A stretch of 27,666 nucleotides of DNA from an uncultured bacterium. Lineage in GTDB: Bacteria > Schekmanbacteria > GWA2-38-11 > J061. This document shows positions 1 through 9,120 of the stretch, one piece after another. Every line of letters starts with the position of its first letter. Within the stretch, counting starts at the first letter, position 1. The stretch is taken from positions 1-27,666 of the forward strand of contig CAZJVM010000034.1 in the NCBI GenBank assembly GCA_964549305.1, written 5' to 3'. The notes below the pieces were generated by a model. That model had not been told where the DNA came from. It made no database searches and saw only the letters and a list, made by a program, of their open reading frames with translations. The translations under genes and the position numbers were made by a program.

Positions 1-1295
1 GGCTTGAATCTGAATTTATCGCCGAAAAGCAGGGAAACTCCTTTGCCCGTTGCATCGAGTGTTAGAAAATCAGGATTTTTCGGATATTTGTGAGATTTGT
101 CTTTCTTAAGATGAGCATTGATTTCAAGGTTTTTGAGATTAATTCTTCCTCCCCGTATTCTTTCTGACATAAAGTTTCTGAGAGAGGGTTTGAATATGTT
201 AAAGGGTATGAATGTCTTGCCGTAATCATCATAGGGAAAATCGTCAGCGGAGAATTGAAGATAAAGATTGCTTTCATTTTCGTTGATTCTTCGAAAACCG
301 ACAGCGCCTTTTACGGTGAAGGAATCAAGCCTGACAGTGTATTTCGTGATATTTAAACTGCCGGGCTTTTCTTCCAAAGAAAAATCTATAAGTGCCTTAT
401 TGCTGATTAGCGGTTGTTGAAACAACCTTTTATGGATGAAGTTCAGATTGTCGATGCTCAGATTGCCCGATAAAAGAAAACCTTCCTTTAATTTGTCCGA
501 CTGCAGTCTGAGATTGGCATCAAATTTATCGGCAATGTCTTCAAAGGGAAGCAATTCAGATAAGTATTGCCAAAGGGCATTTAATTCCAGTGACCTTATT
601 TTTACATTTAAATCAAGTGGTGTGGCTAAAATATTTTTAAGGTCAATATTTCCTGTTTTTCCTTTGACTTCAATAAAAGACGGATTTGATATTTCGTTTT
701 TACATAGGAAACTCATATTAAGCGAATGGTCATCTGAAAAGAACTTTTTGTTAAGGTTGAGGTCAATTCCGCTTACAATAAAAGTTTGCGCCGGTATTAA
801 GGATTTGTCACTGAAAACAAGACTTCCGTTGAGTATTTCAAATGAGTCTGCGAATGAAAGAGGCGTACTCTTTTTTTCCGGTTTGCCCCTTCCCGGTGAG
901 GTTCCGTTTTTTTTCAAAAAGGCGGGCAGAAGTATATTTCCCTTTTTGTTTCTTTCAACGGCAATCGAAGGCGAATCGATTATGATAGTGGCGGGACTGA
1001 CTTTGCCAATAATAAGTCCCGTAATTTTCAGACTAATGCGCAGTCTCTTCGCGGAAATTATCTTCCTTGCGTTTTCCGTTTCGGAAATCATAATGTCACT
1101 TAGTATTATGCTTGGACGGGGAATGAGTGTGAAATGAAGTCGATTGTAATCTACCTTGATTCCTGTTTCGTCAGCCGCTTTCTTTAGAAAATCATCGGCA
1201 AATTTCGAGGCGTTGAAGTACACGCCGAGAAGAAGATAGAAAGAGAGAAAGATTATTAATGTAATAAAAAAAAGAGCAGTGATTTTTTTAAGCAA
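1..1295 (-). CDS. AsmA-like / DUF748-type envelope protein (N-terminal ~430 aa; runs off window start)
   Basis: Not in the ORF track because it has no stop in the window. Translated by hand from TTG at 1295, with GGAG ~10 nt upstream: LLKKITALFFITLIIFLSFYLLLGVYFN (TM anchor) ...AADETGIKVDYNRLHFTLIPRPSIILSDIMIS...IIIDSPSIAVERNKKGN. This is the typical AsmA N-terminal pattern, followed by amphipathic beta-strands. The frame is open to base 1. Confidence 0.75.
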   Translation of the reverse strand, partial: MLKKITALFFITLIIFLSFYLLLGVYFNASKFADDFLKKAADETGIKVDYNRLHFTLIPRPSIILSDIMISETENARKIISAKRLRISLKITGLIIGKVSPATIIIDSPSIAVERNKKGNILLPAFLKKNGTSPGRGKPEKKSTPLSFADSFEILNGSLVFSDKSLIPAQTFIVSGIDLNLNKKFFSDDHSLNMSFLCKNEISNPSFIEVKGKTGNIDLKNILATPLDLNVKIRSLELNALWQYLSELLPFEDIADKFDANLRLQSDKLKEGFLLSGNLSIDNLNFIHKRLFQQPLISNKALIDFSLEEKPGSLNITKYTVRLDSFTVKGAVGFRRINENESNLYLQFSADDFPYDDYGKTFIPFNIFKPSLRNFMSERIRGGRINLKNLEINAHLKKDKSHKYPKNPDFLTLDATGKGVSLLFGDKFRFK

Positions 1296-1315
1296 CTGAT
1301 TTTGGCTCCGTTACC

Positions 1316-2395
1316 TTATTTTGTAAATACAAGTTTTTTCACTTTGTGGTTGTAAAGGTCAGCAATATAGATTGTTCCGGTTTTTCTGTCTATTGCCAGA
1401 CCACCGGGTTCATTCATCTGTGCTGTATTTTCATCTCCGTCCAAATCGCCTTTTCCCCCGCTTCCCGCGACGGTATAAACTTTGCCGTCAGGTTTGATAC
1501 AGCGGATTACGTTGTTGTAAAGTTCGGCGATATATATGATTCCTCTGTCGTCAATGGCTATTCCGTGAGGGCCGCCGAATTCCGCTTCGGACAGGGGTCC
1601 GTCGCGATACCCTTTGTTGCCGTTTCCGGCGATAGTGGTAACGGCACCATTTGAGATTTTTCTTATTCTCGAGTTTTTAATGTCGCATACGATTATGTTT
1701 TCGTCAGCGTCAAGAGCGATATCGATTGGCATGTTAAACTGCGCTTCAAGCGCCTTGCCGTCCCTGTATCCTGCCTTCAGGTTTCCCGCTACGGTAGAAA
1801 CTACTCCTTCAGGTGTAATCTTTCTTATGAGATTGTTGCCTATGTCAGCGATGAAGAGATTGTCACCGGAGTCGATGGCAATGGCGTGAGGATTGTTTAG
1901 CATTGCCTCTTTTCCCTTGCCGTCTTTATAGCCGGGAGTGCCCGCGCCGGCAAATGTGGAAACTATTCCGTCAGGGGTTATTTTGCGTATCGTGGATGAG
2001 AGAAGGTCTGTTGCGTAAATAATGCCTTTGCTGTCAACGGCAACTCCGTGGGGAGTGCCGAAACGGGAGTCTTTCGCGGGACCGTCGATATATCCTCCCT
2101 CGATATTGCCTGCAAGTGTTTTGACAATGCCATTATTGTCAATCAGTCTGATGGAATTATTGAAGATGTCAGATACCAAAACATTTCCGCTGTGGTCAAC
2201 TGCGAGGCGTATGGGAACATTAAAGCGCGCTGTTTCGCCTGCGCCGTCAACAAGCCCCATCTTTGCGCAACCGGCAATTGTGGTGATTGTCGATTTATCG
2301 GGAATTCTGATTATCCTCTGCTCGCAGAATGCTGTAAAAGAAAGAAATAAGGATAAAAAAATAAAGATGGCAACGGGATAAAAGCTTCTTCTCAT
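1316..2395 (-). CDS. Secreted NHL-repeat beta-propeller protein
   Basis: Six ~55-aa repeats (T[IL]AG...GY.DG....A.F..P.G[IV]A[VI]D..G.IY.AD..N..IR.I..DG.V). Signal peptide MRRSFYPVAIFIFLSLFLSFTAFC. The probable start is ATG 2395 with RBS GAGGAG; the ORF-track start at 2482 lies in the promoter region. Confidence 0.9.
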   Translation of the reverse strand: MRRSFYPVAIFIFLSLFLSFTAFCEQRIIRIPDKSTITTIAGCAKMGLVDGAGETARFNVPIRLAVDHSGNVLVSDIFNNSIRLIDNNGIVKTLAGNIEGGYIDGPAKDSRFGTPHGVAVDSKGIIYATDLLSSTIRKITPDGIVSTFAGAGTPGYKDGKGKEAMLNNPHAIAIDSGDNLFIADIGNNLIRKITPEGVVSTVAGNLKAGYRDGKALEAQFNMPIDIALDADENIIVCDIKNSRIRKISNGAVTTIAGNGNKGYRDGPLSEAEFGGPHGIAIDDRGIIYIAELYNNVIRCIKPDGKVYTVAGSGGKGDLDGDENTAQMNEPGGLAIDRKTGTIYIADLYNHKVKKLVFTK

Positions 2396-2542
2396 GACTT
2401 TTCTCCTCTTAAACAGTTTAACATCAGTCACAAACAGAATAGGCGATTTATTGGAATAATTGTATATCAAAGTAAGATTCATTAGTATAATTAAAATGTT
2501 TGTAATGAACGCGATTCACATTTTATCAGGTTAATTGTTCTT

Positions 2543-3214
2543 ATGAGAAAAAAAGTGATATTTCTCTTAACTGCCGCGTTGTTGTCAACGCAATGGAGTT
2601 GTGAAATGAAGAAATATGATGAGATAACTTTTAAAACCGTTGACGGAGCGCTCATAGAAGCGTCGGTTTTCGGAGATTATTCGTCACCTCTGGGAGTTGT
2701 CCTTGCCCACGGAATGATATTTGACAGGGAAAGCTGGTATGATTTTGCCCAATTGCTTTCATCGAAAGGTTTTACGGCGTTGTCGTTCAACTTCCGCGGT
2801 TACGGCAATTCCGTCGAAGGCAGGGAAGGCAAAAAATCGATATATCCCGATGTGCTTGGAGGGGTGAAATATTTGAAGGAGAAGGGAATTCAAAAGGTAT
2901 GCGTAACAGGCGCAAGTATGGGCGCGATTGCGACAATCGATGCCGTATTGAATGATAATGAGAGAACTATCGATAAAATTATTCTTCTGTCACCTCCGCC
3001 TCATAACAGAATAAATGAAGTTGGTATTCCGGCGTTATTTCTCTACAGCAAAAATGAAAAGCTTGCCTCCCGCATAGAGAAGATGTTTGGTAAGGCGACA
3101 GGCCAAAAAAAGCTGAAAAGTTTTAAAGGCGATGCCCATGGTCAGCATATTTTTAACACCGAAAACAGGCAAATGCTCGAAAATGAAATAATCACCTATC
3201 TCAGAGAAGATTAA
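2543..3214 (+). CDS. Exported alpha/beta hydrolase (possible lipoprotein)
   Basis: LAHG oxyanion motif, FNFRGYG, nucleophile elbow GASMG, C-terminal His (DAHG). The signal peptide ends in WSC, a possible lipobox. Confidence 0.85.
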   Translation: MRKKVIFLLTAALLSTQWSCEMKKYDEITFKTVDGALIEASVFGDYSSPLGVVLAHGMIFDRESWYDFAQLLSSKGFTALSFNFRGYGNSVEGREGKKSIYPDVLGGVKYLKEKGIQKVCVTGASMGAIATIDAVLNDNERTIDKIILLSPPPHNRINEVGIPALFLYSKNEKLASRIEKMFGKATGQKKLKSFKGDAHGQHIFNTENRQMLENEIITYLRED

Positions 3215-3297
3215 GGTTTCCGGATTTCCACCACCCCCGCGAAACAATTACTGTGCCGGTATAGTGTTCGTAGCGGATTTTTTGTTTTTATTCTTTT

Positions 3298-4017
3298 TTA
3301 GGGTGTCCGGTTTTTCTTTTTTTCTTTGGCGGGCTTTGACTTTTTCTTAATAGCTTTCAGCGTACTCGATTCCGTTTTCTTGCATATTTCATCAGCTATC
3401 TGTGACGCGGTGGTATAAGTTTCAAGAATGGATTTAAGTTTTCTGTTCTTTTTCTTTAACTTGTCGTCGCCCTGCAATTCAGTCACTTTGGTAAGTTGCT
3501 CTTCCGCGTTTTTTATTTTTGATTGTGCTTTGTTTTTGAGTTTATCAAAATATTTCAGCACAACAGATTTTGCAGAGCTTGTTTTTCCGAGAACTTTGCC
3601 TGATATATCGCTTACGCAGGAATCATTAATGGCGTCTATGCTTGCCTTTGCTTTTTCCTTCGCGGTATCAATTTCCGCGGTAACAGATTGTATACTTTCT
3701 TCAAGGCTTGATTTTTTATTTTCTCCTTTGCCGTTTATTTCGAGAAGTTTCTTTCTTGCCATATCATAAAAACGTCCCGCTTTTTCCAACTCCTGTTTCT
3801 TCGTCTTGTTGCCGGCTTTTTTCATCAGGTTTAACGCTTTTTTATATTTGCCGGGGAAAAAATTATAAGCTCCTGATTTTCCAACGGCTTCTTTTGCCGC
3901 TTCTGCAGATTTTCTGGCTTTTTCAATTCCGGAATTGCAGGAGAAGATAAAAGGCAGTAATGAAAAAGCGATCAGGAATTGTAAAAGGAAACGATTCAAT
4001 TTGAATGGGCGATTCAT
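3298..4017 (-). CDS. Lys-rich helical lipoprotein, DUF4398-like N-terminal domain
   Basis: Lipobox IFSC. The segment AEAAKEAVGKSGAYNFFPGKYKKALNLMKKA resembles the DUF4398 pattern. The remainder looks coiled-coil, with a basic tail. Confidence 0.6.
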   Translation of the reverse strand: MNRPFKLNRFLLQFLIAFSLLPFIFSCNSGIEKARKSAEAAKEAVGKSGAYNFFPGKYKKALNLMKKAGNKTKKQELEKAGRFYDMARKKLLEINGKGENKKSSLEESIQSVTAEIDTAKEKAKASIDAINDSCVSDISGKVLGKTSSAKSVVLKYFDKLKNKAQSKIKNAEEQLTKVTELQGDDKLKKKNRKLKSILETYTTASQIADEICKKTESSTLKAIKKKSKPAKEKKKNRTP

Positions 4018-4051
4018 CTTTTGTCAAACCTCCGAAAAATAAAAAAGTTAA

Positions 4052-4951
4052 TTATGTTTTAGCGGGCTCAATATGCACTGAAATGTGCGTTTCATCACCG
4101 AAGGTATTTTTAAGTCTGTCTTCAACGGAAGATGCAATATTATGCGCGTCGGTAATAGTTAAATCTTCTCTAACTTCGATGTGAATGTCAATAGCAATGT
4201 TGTTGCCCACCTTTCTCGTTTTTAATTTGTGGGGGTTTTCAGCGCCTGCCACATTGTTTGCAATGCTCAGTATTTTATTTTCCTCTTCGCCGTCAAGAGA
4301 TGATTCGAGAAGCTCGCTTGTGCCCTTTCTGGTGATTTCTATACCGACTTTTATAATTAGTATGCTTACTAAAATTGCCGCCGCAGGGTCGAGGATATAC
4401 CATTTTTCGCCGAGAAGGATTGCGCCTCCTATGCCAATAAGCGCGCCTACCGATGATAGGGCATCCGAGCGTTGATGCCACGCGTTGGCAATGATTGCCT
4501 GGCTGTTAATTTTTCTGCCTGTGGAAATCGTGTAGCGGTAAAGTATTTCCTTTGAAACAATGGAAAGAAGGGCGGCATAAAAGGCAATCCATTCCGGTTT
4601 TTCAAGGGGTATTCCCTTAATGAAATCATATATGCTTACCGCACTTGCCCAAATAATGCCAAATCCTACGATTATAAGGATAATACCCACTATCGTCGCG
4701 GTGAGAGTTTCAAACTTTCCGTGACCGTAATCGTGATCTTCGTCAGGCGGTTTTCCCACAAACCGAAATCCGAAGAGGACTACCATATCTGTCCCAAGGT
4801 CTGACAATGAGTGGATACCATCGGCTATCATTGCTTCGCTTTTTCCAACTATGCCCGCAGACAGCTTGCAAATCATAAGAATCGTGTTGACAAAAAAGCC
4901 GGTCCACGTAACCTTGTTGGCTTTTTCAATTCTTGTTTTCAACTTGTCCAT
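4052..4951 (-). CDS. Cation diffusion facilitator (FieF/Fe-Zn type) transporter
   Basis: S.AMIADGIHSLSD, PPDEDHDYGHGKFE, NAWHQRSDALSS, and a C-terminal domain IDIHIEV...AHNIA...VHIEP. Confidence 0.95.
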   Translation of the reverse strand: MDKLKTRIEKANKVTWTGFFVNTILMICKLSAGIVGKSEAMIADGIHSLSDLGTDMVVLFGFRFVGKPPDEDHDYGHGKFETLTATIVGIILIIVGFGIIWASAVSIYDFIKGIPLEKPEWIAFYAALLSIVSKEILYRYTISTGRKINSQAIIANAWHQRSDALSSVGALIGIGGAILLGEKWYILDPAAAILVSILIIKVGIEITRKGTSELLESSLDGEEENKILSIANNVAGAENPHKLKTRKVGNNIAIDIHIEVREDLTITDAHNIASSVEDRLKNTFGDETHISVHIEPAKT

Positions 4952-5079
4952 TTTTTCTCAACCGTCTTCTGAATAAAGAGGGAGTGCAGTTTTAAAATGA
5001 CTTTCTATCGAAATATTTATTATATTATTTATGACAATTATGCAAGATAATAAATAATTATGTGATATAGTGTATTATT

Positions 5080-6375
5080 TTAATAATGCTTCTCATTCTC
5101 AATCCAATCAAGAATGATATCGGCATAATCCTTCCAGTTTTTCTGAAGCATCATATCGTGGGACATATTTTCGAAAACACGGCAGTCTTTCGCAGATAAA
5201 TCTTTCGCTTTCATTTCATTGAGGCGGTGTCCCGTAGGTGAAAAAGCTTTCCCTAAAATATAAAGTGGGCATTTGATTTTTTCCTTTTTAACTTCGATCT
5301 TTCCGGTGAATACATCTGTAAGTATGGTGCCCGACTCCTCCTGTACCAAAGTCAGATATCTTCTGATTGCCTCTGCTCCCGTCAGGTCAGGAGCAAAGAA
5401 ATTAAACGATGCTTTCTCATCGCTCAGTGAAAACCTGTAATCTTTGGTAACTGAGAAATTGCTTTCAATTCCTTCAGGCGTCATTACCTTGTCGAGTCCA
5501 GCGTCGAGGAATATTTTCCGGTAGGGCGCGCCGTCGAGAAGAACCGCTTTTTTTGTTTCGTTACGCCCGGCGAAAACAAGGGATATAAGCGCGCCCATAC
5601 TGTGCCCCACAAGAATCGGAGAATTTTTGAAAAGTTTTTTTGCCGATTTTTCACAATCCTCCACTGCGTCTGCGATGCTTCTTTTACCAAGTTGCGGATC
5701 GGGTTTCGAAAGGTAATGTCCCTTCCAGTTTACGGCATAGGTATCAAATCCGAGACGGGCAAAATATTTTTGAAAATAATGGTAACACCACGACCCGTGG
5801 AAAGCGCCGTGAATAAAGAGAATCGGATTTTCCCTCGTTATCTCTTCAGGGTAATATCTTTCCAGTGTTATTTTCTCTACTTCTTCAAGTTCGTGGAATA
5901 TTGTTTCAGCGAACTGTCCGTCAACTGGTTTTTTCCAAAGTATCCTGAATCCCCTTTTTACTTCCGAATCCATATAATCGATTTTGTCGGGAATTATCTC
6001 GAGAATTTTCAGAAAATTCTGAAGACCGTTTGCCTCAATCATTTTTTTCGGCAATCCGTATTCTTCGGCGAGTTTCAGGAAGTTTTCTCCCGATGATACG
6101 GTAATATTTACTGTGCCCCATGCCTGAAAACCCCGGGACTTTCCGAAACTCTCGAATTTATCCGTTACTGCGAATGAAATCCTGCTTCCCGAATCGATGT
6201 TTTCGAATTTTTCCCCCTCTTCGCTTACTATGAGAAATCTTCCCCTGACGAATTTATATACAAGAGGCGTTGCGCGCGGGATATTCTCTCTGCACGTTGA
6301 CAGCACGAGTGTGTTGTTATCTTTGATATATGATTCTATTGTGGCAAAACCCTTTCCTTTTTCAGTATTTTTCAT
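5080..6375 (-). CDS. Fusion: pyridoxamine-5'-phosphate-oxidase-like split-barrel domain + alpha/beta hydrolase
   Basis: N-terminal ~150 aa: LVLSTCRENIPRATPLVY...GEKFENIDSGSRISFAV...RGFQAWG (PNPOx-like). C-terminal: LFIHGAFHGSWCY, VGHSMG, MSHDMML. The probable start is ATG 6375 with RBS AAGGA. Confidence 0.8.
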   Translation of the reverse strand: MKNTEKGKGFATIESYIKDNNTLVLSTCRENIPRATPLVYKFVRGRFLIVSEEGEKFENIDSGSRISFAVTDKFESFGKSRGFQAWGTVNITVSSGENFLKLAEEYGLPKKMIEANGLQNFLKILEIIPDKIDYMDSEVKRGFRILWKKPVDGQFAETIFHELEEVEKITLERYYPEEITRENPILFIHGAFHGSWCYHYFQKYFARLGFDTYAVNWKGHYLSKPDPQLGKRSIADAVEDCEKSAKKLFKNSPILVGHSMGALISLVFAGRNETKKAVLLDGAPYRKIFLDAGLDKVMTPEGIESNFSVTKDYRFSLSDEKASFNFFAPDLTGAEAIRRYLTLVQEESGTILTDVFTGKIEVKKEKIKCPLYILGKAFSPTGHRLNEMKAKDLSAKDCRVFENMSHDMMLQKNWKDYADIILDWIENEKHY

Positions 6376-6439
6376 CGATTTTCCTTTCAATTAAAATGAG
6401 CGCCTATTGTTGATATGTATAAACAAATAACTAAGGAAT

Positions 6440-6467
6440 ATTCTATCACTCTCCCTGCTTCGTGCAA
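6440..6467 (-). promoter_or_regulatory. Putative sigma70 promoter of the split-barrel/hydrolase gene
   Basis: Minus strand TTGCAC-16 bp-TAGAAT with extended -10 TG. Confidence 0.45.
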
Positions 6468-6475
6468 TAAGAGAG

Positions 6476-6504
6476 TGGACAAAAGGGATATCCGGTTGTA
6501 GAGT
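6476..6504 (+). promoter_or_regulatory. Putative sigma70 promoter of polB
   Basis: TGGACA-17 bp-TAGAGT, 30 bp upstream of ATG 6535. RBS CAGGA. Confidence 0.4.
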
Positions 6505-6534
6505 TAGCAGGGAAAAAATTACAGGACGATTTCA

Positions 6535-8775
6535 ATGGATAAACTCAAAAACTTTTCACAAAACGAACTTCTCTTTGGCCACGACAGGGAAGAATCAATC
6601 GTCGCCGTTGAACTGGCGGGCGATTCTGTCGTAGAGATATTTAAAAGAGAAGATGGAAAACTTACATCGAGACAGGAAAATTTCGATCCCTTCATACTGC
6701 TTGAGAATGAAGATTACCTTGTTGAGTTAAATGAAAAATATGAAGTCAGAGAACTTGAAGGCGGCAACTTCTTCAGGTATTTAGTTTCCTTCCCCTCGTG
6801 GAGCGCCTGTCTGAGGGCTAAGGATTATCTCAGAAAACTGTCTCGTAAAACAATGTCGCCCCTCCTGTCTCCCTATATGTTTATCAATGACCCTGTGCAT
6901 CAATATCTTCTGTTGAGCGGCAAGACTCTTTTTAAGGGTATGTCAATGGGAGATATCCACAGGATTCAGCTCGACATAGAAACATATTGCGAAAAAGGGT
7001 TTGAGTTTTCAAATGCGGCAAGAAAAGGGGACAGAATCATATCCATAGGATTATCGGATAACAGAGGGTGGAGTTATGTGATTGACGGTTCAAAAAAAGA
7101 GGAACCGGAAATGCTTGAAGAACTCAATGACCTCATTGCTGAAAAAGATCCCGATGTTATCGAGGGGCATAATATATTTAGATTTGATTTTGAATACATA
7201 AAGACACGCGCCGGAATGCACAAGATTAAGCTGAAATGGGGCAGGGGAGGAAAAGCTGTAAAATCCCATTCTTCGAGGGTCGCCTTTGCCGAGCGGGCAA
7301 TTTCCTATCCAAAGTGGGATATTTACGGAAGGCACGTAGTGGATACATGGTTCTTGGCGCAGGCATACGATATATCGGCGCGCGAGCTCGATGAATACGG
7401 CTTGAAAAGCGTGGCGAAGCAGATGGGAGTGGCTTCATCGGACAGGACTTATATCGAAGGGAAAAGAATTGCCGAAATATTCGATACGAATCCCGAACAA
7501 CTTATGAAATACAACCTTGATGATGTCTTCGAAACAAGGGCGCTTGCCGGGATATTCGGAGAGGGTTATTTCATAGAAGCGCAGATATTTCCCTATTCCT
7601 ATCAGAATGTAATTATACGGGGAAACGCCGCAAAGATTAACTCTCTTTTTCTCCGTGAATATATTTACCGTTCTCACTCCATACCTCAAATACCCGGTGA
7701 GCGAAGCAATATCGAAGGGGGATACACGGATGTTTTTATTACAGGAATTGTGAAAAGAGTGCTTCACTGTGATGTGCGGTCGCTTTATCCATCTCTTATG
7801 CTGAATTATAACATTGGTCCGTCAAGCGATTCACTGCTGATTTTTCACTCCCTTTTAAAAGATTTGAAGGATTTCAGAATAAGAGCAAAGGAGATGGCGC
7901 TTTCGGAGAAGGATGATATAAAAAACAAATACTACGACGCTCTTCAGAGGGAATTCAAGATTCTTATCAATTCCTTTTACGGCTATCTCGCGGCAGGTTT
8001 TTCGAATTTTGCGGACTATGAAAAAGCGGGAGAGGTTACCGCGCGCGGACGGGATATCATAAAGAAAATGATAAAATGGTTAGAGGAGAGAAAATGCCGT
8101 CCAGTTGAAATCGATACCGATGGAATATATTTCATCCCTGCTGAAAATATAAAAGGCGCGGAAGATGAGGAGAAACTAATCAGTGAACTTTCGCAGTTTC
8201 TTCCCAAAGGAATCGAAGTGGAATTTGACGGAAAATACAGGGCAATGTTCAGCTACAAGATGAAAAATTACGCTCTGCTCGACTATAAGGGGAAATTGTC
8301 AATAAAAGGGTCGGGATTGAAATCAAGAGGACTCGAAAAATTTCAAAGGCAGTTTCTCAGAGAGATGATAAATCTGATGCTTACGGGAGAATTCGGTGAG
8401 GTGGAAAAACTTTACAGGGAATATATAAAAAAAATCAGGGGGCACGCCTTTGATGTCGAACTGCTCTCCAAGACAGAAACCCTTTCTGATTCCCTTGATT
8501 CATACAGACAGAAGGTTGTACTAAAAAAAAGAAATCAGTCCGCGCCCTATGAACTTGCCATAAAATCCGGAAGAAACTATCAGGCAGGCGACCAGATATC
8601 CTACTATGTCACGGGAAGTAAAAAAAGAGTAACTGTTTACGATAACTCAAAACTTACATATGAGTGGGACAGGAATGACCCTGACGAGAATGTGGAATAT
8701 TACTGCCGGAAACTTTCAGACCTGTATAAAAAATTCACGCCTTTCATAGAAACTTCGCAGGATTCACTCTTTTAG
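6535..8775 (+). CDS. polB: Family B DNA polymerase (Pol II-like) with 3'-5' exonuclease
   Basis: ExoI DIETY, ExoII GHNIFRFD, ExoIII YNLDDV. Polymerase motifs DVRSLYPS, KILINSFYG, EIDTDG, KNYA. The C-terminal QDSLF is a clamp-binding-type motif. Confidence 0.93.
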   Translation: MDKLKNFSQNELLFGHDREESIVAVELAGDSVVEIFKREDGKLTSRQENFDPFILLENEDYLVELNEKYEVRELEGGNFFRYLVSFPSWSACLRAKDYLRKLSRKTMSPLLSPYMFINDPVHQYLLLSGKTLFKGMSMGDIHRIQLDIETYCEKGFEFSNAARKGDRIISIGLSDNRGWSYVIDGSKKEEPEMLEELNDLIAEKDPDVIEGHNIFRFDFEYIKTRAGMHKIKLKWGRGGKAVKSHSSRVAFAERAISYPKWDIYGRHVVDTWFLAQAYDISARELDEYGLKSVAKQMGVASSDRTYIEGKRIAEIFDTNPEQLMKYNLDDVFETRALAGIFGEGYFIEAQIFPYSYQNVIIRGNAAKINSLFLREYIYRSHSIPQIPGERSNIEGGYTDVFITGIVKRVLHCDVRSLYPSLMLNYNIGPSSDSLLIFHSLLKDLKDFRIRAKEMALSEKDDIKNKYYDALQREFKILINSFYGYLAAGFSNFADYEKAGEVTARGRDIIKKMIKWLEERKCRPVEIDTDGIYFIPAENIKGAEDEEKLISELSQFLPKGIEVEFDGKYRAMFSYKMKNYALLDYKGKLSIKGSGLKSRGLEKFQRQFLREMINLMLTGEFGEVEKLYREYIKKIRGHAFDVELLSKTETLSDSLDSYRQKVVLKKRNQSAPYELAIKSGRNYQAGDQISYYVTGSKKRVTVYDNSKLTYEWDRNDPDENVEYYCRKLSDLYKKFTPFIETSQDSLF

Positions 8776-8928
8776 TTTCCAGGAAAAGAGACAGAGTCAG
8801 TTGTGCAAGAGATGAAGATATGAAAAAGAAATCATTATCTGATTTTTTGCTTTCGCGCGAATTAAAAATCTGAAAATACGACATTTCATTGTATGTATAC
8901 GGAGAGGCACTAAATTAAAAACGCGACT

Positions 8929-9120
8929 TTAAGCTGAAATTAACTCTATTATTACAGCAATCGTTAAGGCAATACCGCAAATTGCGGAAAAAGCATATAA
9001 GCCGCTTTTTACCGCCTCTTTTGTCCCCACAGAGTTTGCGTCATAGGAAATGATTCCCCATAAAGTGGATATACAGGATACGAGAAATATGAATGATATT
9101 ACAAATCCTGAAGTATTCAT
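8929..9120 (-). CDS. Small two-TM membrane protein
   Basis: 63 aa with two hydrophobic helices. ATGA overlap with the stop of the upstream gene (9117-9120) suggests translational coupling. Confidence 0.7.
   Translation of the reverse strand: MNTSGFVISFIFLVSCISTLWGIISYDANSVGTKEAVKSGLYAFSAICGIALTIAVIIELISA

Noticed and set aside
62-277. 71-aa minus-strand ORF
   Set aside because: Out-of-frame ORF inside the AsmA-like CDS.
436-1137. 233-aa plus-strand ORF
   Set aside because: Antisense shadow of the AsmA-like gene; no recognisable motifs.
1346-2381. Several plus-strand ORFs and ~165-bp periodicity
   Set aside because: Antisense to the NHL gene. The periodicity is the coding repeat, not a CRISPR or DNA repeat array.
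3236-3297. Possible terminator hairpin between convergent genes
   Set aside because: The stem is too imperfect to support a call.
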